In this document: positions 50,401 through 62,085 of the stretch, in pieces
Layout: every line of letters starts with the position of its first letter
Numbering within the stretch: the stretch's first letter is position 1
The notes under the pieces: model-generated
Databases searched by the model: none
What the model was told of the DNA's origin: nothing
Seen by the model: only the letters and a program-made list of their open reading frames with translations
Position numbers and translations under genes: made by a program
NCBI RefSeq assembly: GCF_006345805.1
Contig: NC_042997.1
Span: forward strand, 72,416,001 to 72,480,000
Direction: 5' to 3'
Length of the DNA stretch: 64,000 bases
Source of the DNA: Octopus sinensis
Taxonomy: Eukaryota

Positions 50401-53350
50401 GCGTCGTTAACGGCGTGCAAAGCTTACAGAGACCGGATTAGTTTACTAGTTAAGCGGGCGTTCACGGGGGCAATCATCAACAACAACTGGTGGTTTGCCA
50501 TCAATGGAGCAATTAGAGTAGAGTCGATTAGGTTTAGTAAGACTCTAGCTATTGAACGTAGGAAGAGAGAGCGGGATTTAGTTAAGAAACTAGACGAGGC
50601 TCTTGAGACTGGCATCGCAACCGACGTGTTGGCGGCAAGGTTGGCCCTCGACCAACACTTTGACGCCAAACACGAAGGCTGCGTTGTCAGAGCTAAGGCA
50701 CGTTCGCTAAGCGGGGAGGGGACTAGAGCCGCTCGATGGGCCCTCGTGGCGGAGGCGAAGCGAGGCAACAAAGCAACCATTCGGTCTTTGGTGGACCAGA
50801 ACGGGCGCGAGGTTACCGAACCGAAGCAGATGTGTACGGTGTTTCAGCGGCACTTTGCTCAACTGTTTGGGACGAGCGGTGGAACGCACAATGGTGCAGA
50901 CTTCGGTGTGTACCTGGACGGCCTACCCCAACTCTCGGACAGCGAGGCAGAGTGCTGCGAAGGACCGATATCTGCCTGGGAAGTGGAGGAAGCGATGAAG
51001 AGTTGCACGAGAGGTAGATCGCCGGGTTTGGATGGTCTACCCTACGAGCTTTACACTTCAATGCCAGACTTGTTTGCGGGCCTGTTGGCAAACGTCTACT
51101 GCAACTGGCAGCAAAACGGGAGAATTCCTGCTTTTGTCTGTCGAGGGGTGGTGGCTTTGCTAAAAAAGGACCCAAACAAGGGCGACATTATAGGGAATTT
51201 TCGGCTCATCACTCTGCCCAATGCAGAGTTGAAGATTTTGGCCAAGGTGCTAGCCAAGAGATTGGCGCTTGTCGTGGACAACCTGGTTGGCAAGACACAG
51301 ACATGCGCCGTGCCGACCAGGTAGATACACGACAACCTCCATCTCATGCGCTACATCATAGAGAGGGTGGGTAACGACGCTGGCGCGGGTGGGGCTTTGA
51401 TCAACTTAGATCAGAGTAAAGCCTTCGATAGGGTCGACCATCGGTACCTGACAGCTGTCCTCAAGGCAGCCGGCTTCGGTCCAGTCTTCCGCGGGTGGAT
51501 CGCTGCTTTATACAGCAACATCTGCTCGGTGATACGGGTGAACGGTCACCTTTCGGAACCGTTTGACATCTCACGTTCGGTCCGCCAAGGATGCCCTCTC
51601 TCCTCCTTCTTGTACATATTGACTCTCGAGCCATTACTGCGGAAGTTGGAGGCTTTGAGGGGTATCCCGCGCGATCTAGGAGGCGGAAACAGCGTTTCTG
51701 CCTATGTCGACGACGTCACCGTGATGGTGCCTGATTGGCGAGACACTAAACGAGTACGAAGCGGTGACAGAGGCAAAGATTAACGCGGAAAAGTCTGTGG
51801 GCTTGCAACTGGGCACCTGGAGAGGCAAGCCCATGCCGTCCAACAGCATCGTAGGGCGCTGGACAGTCGGACCCGTTAAACTGCTCGGGGTCTGGTTCGG
51901 TCCGGACCTCCAGGTGGATAAAAACTGGGAAGAAGTGACGAGCGGGTGGCACGTCTCACCCAGAAATGGGCCGAGAGGAAGCTGTCTCTGAAAGGTCGAG
52001 CGGAGGTGGCGAATGCATACATCGCACCCGTCATCTATTACCGCTTGACCGTCGTCCCTTGTCCCAACCGTTGGTTGGCCAAGCTGGTACGCCTGCTCTT
52101 CGACTTTTTGTGGAAGGGTCAGGTGCCACTGGTCAAGCGATCCATCTGCTGTCAACGACCGCTGAACGGAGGCCTTGGCATGCCGTGGTTACTGATGCGC
52201 AGACATGCGCTCAGGCTGCGACATCTCAAGCGTTTCCTAGACGGTGATCAGGTGTGGTCGGCTTTTGTCAGACGCGACTTTCCGCAGCTCGTCTCTTTGA
52301 CAGAGCTGCAGACCTGGATCAAACGTAGACCGAGAAAGGGCGCTTGGCACCTCGAGTGCCGTCAAGCTCTCTCCGCCCTCCGCCAGGCGGGCAATGCGAT
52401 CGGTTTTAGTTCCACTCTAGCGTTCTATAGAGGGTTAGTGGAGGAAAAATGCGACGACGTTCTCGGGGAAACTCTAGGCGTTGATGATAACGAACTGAGC
52501 GGTCTGTTCGGAAGGACTTTCGGGCCGGGGCCAATGGATAATTTCCAGAGGTCGCTCGCCTCGCAGTGCTACCGAGGGGCTCTGCCTGTTCGGGATAAAC
52601 TCTACCGGCACGGAAGTGCCGTCAGCCGGGCATGCCCGAGGTGTTGCCAGGACGATGAAACCGTTCTGCACGCACTCGTCCAGTGCTCGAGTATTGCTGA
52701 ACTATGGGTTTATGTCGAACAGCTACTGTCGCGTATAGGACGGATCCGACTATCAGCCGAATCCATAGTGAAGATTGCCCTGCCGACCTCCTTTAACAAG
52801 GAGGGCGAGGCTGTTTTCCTGTGCCTAGTGGTTGTGGCGAAAGAGATTGTATGGTGGACCCGTTTGAAAGGGCTAAAGTCAGACACTTTCCTCTTTGGTC
52901 AAGGCCTCATCAACTTTTTCAAATTTCACTTGAAAAGGAAGCTGAGGTTAGAGAGGAGAGTGCTGTCCGATAGCAAGTTTTCTGAAAGGTGGGTGAATTG
53001 TGCGAGAATGGCCAGTATAAATGGACCAATTCTCAGGTTTCGCCTGTGATCGAAAAATGTTTTATAAAAGGAGAAAGGGGCTCTCTACCCCCCTTTTGAC
53101 CAGGCTCCCGTTGGCTCTTATGGGTTTTTTTCCCACCAGGTACCTTTCGAAGCGCCTCCCCTTATTGGGAGTTTTCCATTGTTATAATCTTTCGTTGTTA
53201 AACAGTTTTTACTCGGATTTTTTCACAAACGGACAAAACCCTTTGTAACCTTTCGTCCTGTTTTGTCCTTTTATGTTTACTAATCATGTGTGTCAGCCCT
53301 TGTGGCCAATAAAAAGAATGAATTATTATTATTATTATTATTATTATTAT
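47401..53350 (+). mobile_element. Tx1/L1-clade LINE, near full length, with ORF1 (RRM-like + CCHC) and ORF2 (APE-RT-zinc finger)
   Basis: ORF1 pieces 47622-49195 include 'YGTVEVRF' and 'CYLCSSENHLKKDC'. ORF2 49641-53049 has 'CLNARGL', 'ISETRL', 'LVGDWNAV', 'SPGLDGLPYE', 'LDQSKAFDRVDH', 'SVRQGCPLS', 'YVDDVTV' and 'CPRC..DETVLHALVQC'. At least four lesions. AATAAA plus (ATT)n tail. Confidence 0.92.
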
Positions 53351-53660
53351 TGAGTGAGTGTGTGAGAGAGCAGTGCATGCCCCCAAAGTGACACTGAGGT
53401 AAAATATACGAAGCCCAGTATACCCATCATGACTACACCTCTGATAAGGGTACATCTGGCACATGCATCACAACCATATGTGCACGACATGGTGATCTCG
53501 TATCAAGATAAACAGCGCATGGCCTTGCAGGTGGGGCCCAGTAAGAATTTTCTTCAGATGGAGTGATATTGAGTAGAATATTTGCTGTAGCCCATCTTTT
53601 ATACAAAGACAAAACAATGTACATGATAATTCCAATCAGTTAAGCTAAGAAGCCACGAGA
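53350..53660. repeat. Interspersed repeat (probable retroposon 3' segment), unclassified
   Basis: GC-richer block directly after the (ATT)n tract with no recognisable ORF. The classification is tentative. Confidence 0.3.
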
Positions 53661-54177
53661 GCCAGTGTTTGGTACTGCATCAGAGTATTTATTATCATTA
53701 TTATAATTGTTCAATATTTGGTACTTTGAGGCAAATTTCTACTGCATCTCCTGATACACTTCCGTGTTGCTGGGGTGTTCAGCATTGTGTTCTTTTCTGT
53801 TGTTGGGAGTGTACAAGCTCTTACCGGTACTGTATGACGTCAGTTTTTTCTTTTGGGATGTGGTGCAGTCTTTTGTTCTATTACTGTTTGCATTGTGTGT
53901 TGAGTGTGTAATGCATTGGTTAAACGTGTTGCTAGTGGAAGTTATTTCACTAGCTAATTATTGTTTAGACTGTCTTGTTTGTGGGTTGTTTTGTTTAGGT
54001 TGTATTATGAAATTGTGTTGTTGTTGTTGTTGTGGTGGTTGCTTCCATCTGTCTTTTCTGCGTGTTACGCTCACATCATCAAGGGAAGTTATAACTCGAA
54101 TGAAGAAATATAAATCGAAAGAGAGAAGAAGGGGAGAAAGTGAAATAGTGAAATAAGGGAAAAAAGAGATCTATATT

Positions 54178-54425
54178 CATTATTTACATTTGACGGATAT
54201 TTGTCCTCATCTTGTTTGTTGTTAACATAACGTTTCGGCCGATATACCCTCCAGCCTTCATCAGGTGTCTTGGGGAAAATTTCGAACCTGGGTTCTCATT
54301 CTTAAGGTATTTTTCGATGTTGTTGTTGTTATTATTATTATTATTATTATGCAGGTCCCTGCCTGGAATCGAACTCGGAATCTTGAGGTTAGTAGTTCGC
54401 GCTCTTAACCACTTCGCCATATGGC
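54178..54425 (-). mobile_element. Composite SINE-like element: tRNA-like head + (AAT)n(AAC)n spacer + PLE-type hammerhead body
   Basis: Head 54351-54425 with A-box TGGCGAAGTGG and B-box GTTCGATTCC but no acceptor-stem pairing. Spacer 54318-54350. Hammerhead 54224-54271. Confidence 0.7.
54224..54271 (-). ncRNA. Type I hammerhead ribozyme motif (PLE-type)
   Basis: aagacac-CTGATGA-a-GGCTGG agggtata TCGGCC-GAAA-CGTT-atgtt. 6-bp stem II, palindromic AACGUU stem III, stem I with a C.A mismatch at the cleavage-adjacent pair. Confidence 0.65.
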
Positions 54426-54512
54426 TAAGATAAATTTCATGTCAATAATGAGCATACAAAACTACAACAAATTTGAAATCAATTGGAACAAAATTAAAAG
54501 AAATTGAAAAGT

Positions 54513-54534
54513 GGCAGCCAAACAGAAAAGATCC
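54513..54534 (-). repeat. Orphan Merlin TIR
   Basis: GGCAGCCAAACAGAAAAGATCC, identical to 10180-10201. No partner found nearby. Confidence 0.6.
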
Positions 54535-56594
54535 TCTGCGTTAATCACAAAACCTCAGTCAATCAACTTTTACAATGTTCTTTTCGAGATTTCTGAGTTC
54601 AAATCCTTTTGAGATCAACTTTGCCTTTTATTCCTCTGTGGTCAATAAGCACAGTTCTGGCTAAACACTGGAGTCCACTTACGTCGACTGAATCTTTGAC
54701 CCGCAATTTCTGATCTCATACTTAAATTAGAAACAATTATTGTAAAGAGTGGAGGATTGACAGTCATTACAGCGCAGGCAAAAAACAAAACAAAACAACA
54801 AAAGAAAAAACGAACATCGAGATATTTTAATTACGGCTTTTAGCCTTCTAAGCTGAAATATAGCCGAGGTCAACTTTATCTTTCATCCTTCCAGGAATGT
54901 TAAAATAAAGTATCAGCTATGTACTGGGATCGATTGAATCAATTAATCCTCTTCCTCAAATTTATGGCCTTATGCCTGTTTTAGAAGTAATCTTTATTAT
55001 TACTGTTAAGTATTTTGGGTTTCAATAATGCTAATCATGAAATATATAGGAGCGGTTCATTGTTCAAATTTTTAAAACTGATGAGACTAAATAACAGTTA
55101 TTAGATATGATGAAAACAACATGTTTCTATCACACGTGCCAAGATAAATCTATTGAATATGTATGGCAAATTTTGAGTGAAAAGGAAATTACAAGTTGTC
55201 ACTTTGAAATAAACAATTGTCACTGAGGAAAGATGACTGATCCATTTCTAATAACATATGTATCTCTGCATATTTATCTTGGGTCAGGTAAAGTTATTTA
55301 AATATCCAGTACAATACAAGTTTGTAAGCATTTCTTTTCTGCACGTCGCAGAAAATGAAGACGAGTGCTTTATTTGTGGCTTTTGGTAAGTGGTTCCTTT
55401 ATCATAAACTTAAAGGGATTTTCTTTAATTTTAAGCTTTCTGTAATTTCAATCTTTCTGGCGATTTTCCAATCGTTGTTTCACATTATTTTATTTTAATT
55501 TGAAAACAAAAAAAAAAAACGTCATAGTTAATTTACGAGCATATTGTGATATGCACCGAGAAACTGGTCTCTCTCTTCACCCCTTCTCTCACTCTTTCTT
55601 TCTCTCACTCTTTCTTTCTCTCACTCTTTCTTTCTCTCCCTCTTTCCCCTCTTTCTCCCTCTCTCCCCTTTTCTCTCTAACATTCTTATTTAAAAAACAC
55701 GATTATGTTCAAGTTTGATTTTTTATTAAGAATTGTTCATATTTATTAGTCGTATGTGCTTAATTTGGAAAACAACGTTTCAAAAACACATTAGGCTGAC
55801 GTTTCGAGATAGTTGCAATCCCATTCTCAAATTAACTGTTGTAATGAACGCTATGAATGCCATCCACACTATTACAGCTGTTTAATCATATAGGTACTAG
55901 TTACATGGATTCATTATTTTTCGATAAATTGCTTTAAAAGATGCTGACACACCTCATTTAATCAATAAATGCGGATTCTCTTGCAATTGTTGTATATACG
56001 TAATTCAGAAAATAGCCTAAGCTGAGCTTCATACAAGAAGTGCAACAAACACAGAACCGGAAATAAAAACTAATTTTCTAGGAGAACCTGCCTTTTCAAA
56101 AGAAATACTACCCTAGCTGATTCAATTACTCTAAATGAAATATTTTTCTTATCAGTTATTTTTTCCAGTGTCTATTGTAGTGCTTCAGGATATATTATAA
56201 TTCAACGTTTTTCTGCCAGGAACTATAAAGAAGAAAATTCTACTATTTCCAAACCTGGAAAAAGCAATGTACAACTTGTACATTGAAAAAACAAAGTGAT
56301 TCCAAGGTGATTCTATCAACTCTGTTAACTTGTCCTTCCACATTCTTTATGATCATTGCGAATGAAAGGTAACTAGGAAAGTGAAGTTGTTTAAATTAAA
56401 AAAAAAAAAAAAGAAAAACATGCTTTTCGAGATCATTCTTAGAATGAAAGCATCGTTTTTGACTCCCCAAATTGTTGTCTTCCTTCACCACTAGGCGAGT
56501 CCCAATGCACGTATATACCTAAAAATGGGGGTGCGATAATTTATTCAAAATTAGCCGACATATTTGGATTCCAGAAGGTTTCAACGAACTTTAA

Positions 56595-56817
56595 CCCATT
56601 AAGTCGCACTGTCCTATAAATAGGACACTAAATGAAAACATTAAATAAGCTATATCACATTGTCTCAGTGTCCTATTTATCGGACACTGGGTATTTCCAT
56701 TTCTACTTGAAGTAAAGGAGTTTTAATAATTAATTTTTTCATTTTAACCTATTTTCAATCATCTGTAAAAATTTGAAAGTGATATTCAGAAATTTAAGTA
56801 CTCTGGGACTCAATAGG
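56595..56817. mobile_element. piggyBac-type MITE (degenerate)
   Basis: TTAA|CCCATTAAGTCGC ... GGGACTCAATAGG|TTAA (10/13 TIR match). Internal palindromes gtcctataaataggac and cagtgtcctatttatcggacactg. Confidence 0.6.
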
Positions 56818-57548
56818 TTAAAATATTTGTTGGCTCATTCCTCAATTCAGAGGGATTTGCAAAGAAATCCAAAGATTTATGCGAATCAATTCTGCAAAAA
56901 GATCCAAAGATTTAAAATTCATCTTATTTTCCATTTTCTTGAATCCAGTTATAATTATTGAAAATTAAAGTATTGTATTTCTTAAAACACATTTTAAAAT
57001 TTGCTCAATTTCATACACTTACATAGATACAAACACATACACATACACACACGCTTCCCCCACAAAGATGTATTCGCATGAAAATAAACACAGAATATAG
57101 TTGTTCGTAATTGCTTTTCTATATATATATAACCTCTCCCCACCCCTCTCTCTCTCACTCTCTTTGCCTTCTTCATTACAGAAACAGTAAGTATACGCTC
57201 TGCAGTATTAGTAGATCTAAATTTTGCTTTCAATCATCAGAGTCCTGTAGTTTATGACCTCACTATGCAAAAGTTTTGCGATCTAGATATAAAATTGTGC
57301 AACTGAGAGCATTCATTATTATTGGTGTTGTGTTAACAAAACTTGATCTTTTTATTCGCCTTTGTCAGAGAATTTGTATGTCTGTTAATTCTTCTCATCA
57401 CATTGCTTTACTTTGCTAAGGTCTTATACAGAAAATATAGACCTTTGTCTATTAAATACAGAGCAATTTAAAGTTTCTGGTGTCAACCAAATTATAAAAA
57501 GAGTAACATACACTCACACACACACACACACACACACTCGCACACATA

Positions 57549-58296
57549 CTAGCTGAATGCCCCGGCGTTGCCCGGATTACTGCTGTTCTTATTCAAATTA
57601 GTAAACAATAAATATAAAGATATATTCTCATAATTATTTCGAAATATCTATATTTTATTAAAGAAATCCAAATTGTAATGATAATAGGATTTCGAACTGA
57701 GAATCTGTCAATATTGAAGCACCTCAGGGTAAACAGCACTCATTGTGTAATTTTTTGTTGGTGTCGAAATGAATAAATTGTTGTTGCTTCCTTAACTTTT
57801 GTTGATTGTTACGAATGTAGAGGAGACGCTGACTCTCAACTTTAGCAAACATGTCAACCAAGTATTGCTGATATAGATTACGATACATATGTAACTGATT
57901 TGATTGTCCCGGTCTTAACATCAGTTGGTAAGAATAGAAGTCATTTGACCACACCTTTTTGTTTGTAAATGGCTCTCCTGTTGCAGGTTCAATCTGTGGA
58001 ATATTGAAATTATATCCATCTTGTCCATTCCACAAAATAAGAGGATACTGGGAAAGCATCATAAAAGGGATGAGTCTCTGAAACATGTTTAAGGTTGTTA
58101 TCTCGAGCACGGATGAGAATATCATGATTTTCATCGGGATCACCTACCATAAGGATGGCTACTTCATTAGATGGGGATTATTAAAACGGCTAAAATGTCC
58201 TTTACTATAGTTTACTATAGACGTAACGAACGGAGAAACACAAACGCAAACACTCACTCACAGACACATAGACACACATAGAATTGATAATATTGA
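57549..58296 (-). mobile_element. Internally deleted Helitron retaining both termini and a Rep-region fragment
   Basis: 3' end: hairpin CCGGGCAACGCCGGG, 7 nt, then CTAG|T (57549). Internal peptide 'NEVAILMVG...HPFYDA.QYPLILWNGQDGY...KKV...FYSYQLM...LYQQYLVDMFAKVESQRLLYIRNNQQKLR' (Helitron helicase-like N domain). TC-starting microsatellite-rich 5' end at about 58287-58296. Confidence 0.82.
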
Positions 58297-58659
58297 AAAC
58301 AGCAAAACGTACATACACGAAGTTCAAGCGAAATGAAATGTTTTCATTCCTTCTGTAGCATAGTTATGCCATAAAAAATCTTTTTTAGAGAATATTTCCG
58401 ATAGAAATAATTCAGTGTTGGAAAGCCACAAATGTAACAAAATACAGAAAGTCAACATTTATTTGGAAAATGTACTAAATGTTATAAAACTCAGGATTGA
58501 ATGTCTCGGTGAAGAAAGTTAAGCTCCAAGAAAATTCAGAAGGCATAATTCAATTTTTCGTACAAAAATAATTTATCATTTTACAAATTTTAAACGAACG
58601 CTGAACAAAGTACAAAGGAATATGTTACTGTTATGAACATTTGCTGAAGGATGTATGCA

Positions 58660-61062
58660 GCAAGACATAAATTAATTTTGTTGGCTGTCTACAGGCCGCC
58701 TCTTGCCGACCCCCAGGACGATGCTCATTTACTCGAAGCGATAAGATTCGTTTCAGCTTCGCATGACTGTTTGGTACTAGGAGACTTCAACGCTCCCACG
58801 ATCGATTGGCCCGCATCAATTTGTACAACATCTTCCCGGTTCGGCCAGGCCCTTCTTGACGTGGCTGAAGATTGTTTTCTATCGCAACATGTTGAATATC
58901 CGACAAGGCATCGGTCTGGGCAGCAGCCATCTATGCTAGATCTGGTATTCTCCCGCTATCTAAGATCAGTGTCAGACGTATCTGTGTGCGCCCCTCTTGC
59001 CAAGAGTGATCATGCGGTCCTGAAGTTCGTCATGCACACAACTTTTCCTACGCCCACGACTACTTCGTTGCCACGTAGAGTCTTCTCTGCAATTAATCTT
59101 GAAATTCTAGCCGAGGCTTCCGCGCTTCTGGACTGGCGATCCCTGATGACGTTGTCCTCAGTTGACGAACTATGGTCATCCCTCAAAGCATATGTAATCT
59201 GTTTGACTGACCAGGCAGTTCCCGTTGGGCTTCCCAGGAGGAAGAAACACAAGCCCTGGGTGACGAAGAAGGTTAAACGAGAACGTCGACTCAGAGATAT
59301 TGCTTGGGCTGAATTCAAAAATCTGGATTCGACTGCAGCTTTTGAGGTGTACAAAACTCAACGAGACCGAGCCGTGAAAATTGAAAAGAAAGAACGCTTC
59401 AGTTATGAATACAAAATCGCGGCAAATGCCAGTAGCAATCCAAAAACCTTCTTTGCCCATGTCCAGCGGAATTCCCGCTTAAACAACCAGATTGCAACGT
59501 TGGTAGACTCAACAGGCGTATCGATTGAGGACCCTTATCAACAGAGTCAATTATTTGCCGAGGCTTTTTCAACTATTTTCAAACAAGATGATGGTCGTGA
59601 ACCCCCTCCATTTGATAGATCGGTACCTCCAATGCTTCGATTGGTCATCACGCGGGACGAAGTTATTCAAGGCCTCGATGTCAACAAGGGTCACGGCCCT
59701 GACGGCATACACCCACGGGTTATCAAAGCGTTGGCTCCAGTCATCTGCGAGCCCTTAACACGACTATTCAATATGTCATTGGCGACGGGTGTTATACCTG
59801 CAGACTGGAGAACAGCGATAATCTGCCCAATTTTCAAGAAAGGGAGCCGCGAAGACCCGCTTAACTACCGACCGGTTTCCCTTACATCAATAATCAGCAA
59901 GATGTTCGAAACCATCCTTAAGAAAAGTATGATGCTCCACCTCCTAAACACAGCCTCTATCTCTGATTCCCAACACGGCTTCGTGCCGAAGAGATCATGC
60001 CTGACCAACTTACTAGTAATGGAAGAATTGGTGACGCGCATCCTCGATGATAGTGATGCTGTTGACATCGTTTTATTGGACTTTGTCAAAGCTTTTGACT
60101 CGGTAAACCACCGCCTACTACTTGTTGTTCTTAGTCTTCATAAATGACTTGCCCGACGACCTCACGCAACACACCCTTCTATTTGCCGACGATATCAAAC
60201 TGGTCGCTCCTCGCGGTAATATAGAGGATCTTCGTCGATGCCTCCACAAAATTTGGAAGTGGTCTAACGATTGGGACCTGTGTCTGAACGTGTCAAAGTG
60301 CTGTCATCTGCCTGTCGGCTCTACTCCTGCAACTCAACTTGATTTCGAGCCGGGTCGTCTGCTGCTGGAGAGGACCGATCAGGTAAAGGACCTGGGTATC
60401 TTGGTGGATTCCTCCTTTTCGCCTTCGGCCCAGTGCGCCCATGCTGCCAACAAAGCACGTGGAATTCTGTTCTTGATTCGACGGTCATTCGGAATGCTCA
60501 CAGCAGCCATATTCCTCCCACTCTATGTCACGCTGGTGAGACCCATATTGGAGTATGGGATTCAAGCCTCTTCTCCTTATCTTCTCAAAGACATACAGCA
60601 TCTCGAAAGAGTCCAGAAGCTGGCTACCCGCATGGTTCATGGTCTCAAAAATTTGTCCTACGAAGAAAGGCTGAGGACGCTCGACCTTTATTCTCTTGAA
60701 AAACGCCGCCGCCGTGGTGATCTCATTCTCGCCCACAACATCATAAGCGGAAAGTGTAACCTCTCGAAAGAGCTGTTCTTCACTCCTGCTCCAGAGCGTC
60801 GGCTGTGGGGTCATTCCGAAAAGCTCTACCTGCGACGATTTCATCTCAATCGAAGGAGAGGAGCTTTCTCCGTCCGGGTTGCGGATCCGTGGAACAAGCT
60901 ACCAGACGAGATGGTAAAGATGCCGACGACCGCTTTGTTCAAAGCCTCCCTGGACTTCAAGTGGCCTGAACTCTTTACATGAACACCACCCTGTACTTAA
61001 CTCTATGTCCCCCTACATGGCCTTGCTATTTGCTTTTGAGCCAAATTAACTAACTAACTAAC
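58660..61062 (+). mobile_element. 5'-truncated CR1-clade LINE (partial APE + RT), internally deleted
   Basis: 'AVYRPP', 'LGDFNAPTIDW', 'GPDGIHP', 'NYRPVSLTS', 'QHGF', 'DFVKAFDSVNH' joined directly to 'LFLVFINDLP', then 'FADDIKL' and 'RPILEYG'. (AACT)n tail. Confidence 0.92.
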
Positions 61063-61924
61063 TATATATTTTAACTGTGTAATGTTATAGGCTGCAGAAT
61101 AAATACTAACACAGTAAAAAGGTTGTGCGGCGTTGAATACGCACACTGATAAAGCAGTATAGCAGGAATATAATAAGGACGCTGGCACTGTTAAAAATGC
61201 ATTATCTTCAAACTGGTTATAAGGACTGGAACAACATTCCTGTAATTATATTGGAAGAACCGTTGAGGCTTTCTACTTCGCAATGTTTCCAAATTTGTTA
61301 TAATAAAGAGAATAACATTTTTTTTCAGATATATTTACGAGTGTTGTGAGTGCTGTCAAATTAGCCAAATCTTCATGTTGATTATAAAAACCAGTATAAT
61401 ATTTCAGCACAAAAGTAGTGATGATAATCATTAATGCTGTTTAAACCGCAACTCTCCATGATGAAAAGGAAAAACGTTGTTCATTCAACGTCCAGGCCGC
61501 AACTAAATTAAGCACTTTCAAAATCGGTGCGTTTCACTGTTGGGTGGCACAATCACATACATATACTAAGACAAACACAGTCATAGATTCGCATACATCT
61601 CAGGCCTATCTCTATCCCTCTGTGTGTCTGTCTCTGTCTCTAAATGTGTGTGTGAGACAGTCGTCACAAAAATGTATGTGCACTGACACACTGACAGACA
61701 CACACACACTCATATCTCATATAGGAAATGTGACGTTGTGGTAAGGGTAGTGGTATAAAATGTCGTTTACGATAGACGATTTAGAGAAAGATTAAAATAT
61801 TAAATTTTTGTAATGCAAATATGTAAATAAAAATAAATTCCATTTGGTATCTGAAAAATTACTGAATCTTTTGATACCTCATACATCAAAATCGGCAACC
61901 CATATTTTATATCTATAGGGAACA

Positions 61925-61966
61925 TACATGCGCACGCACGCACGCACGCACGCACACACGCACGCA

Positions 61967-62048
<82 letters not shown>

Positions 62049-62085
62049 TATATTAATACATATATATATATACATATATATATGT
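61925..62085. repeat. Compound microsatellite (GCAC)n(CA)n(CT)n(TA)n
   Basis: Directly visible. Confidence 0.95.

Noticed and set aside
54351-54425. Functional tRNA gene
   Set aside because: Acceptor and T stems do not pair. Treated as a SINE head.
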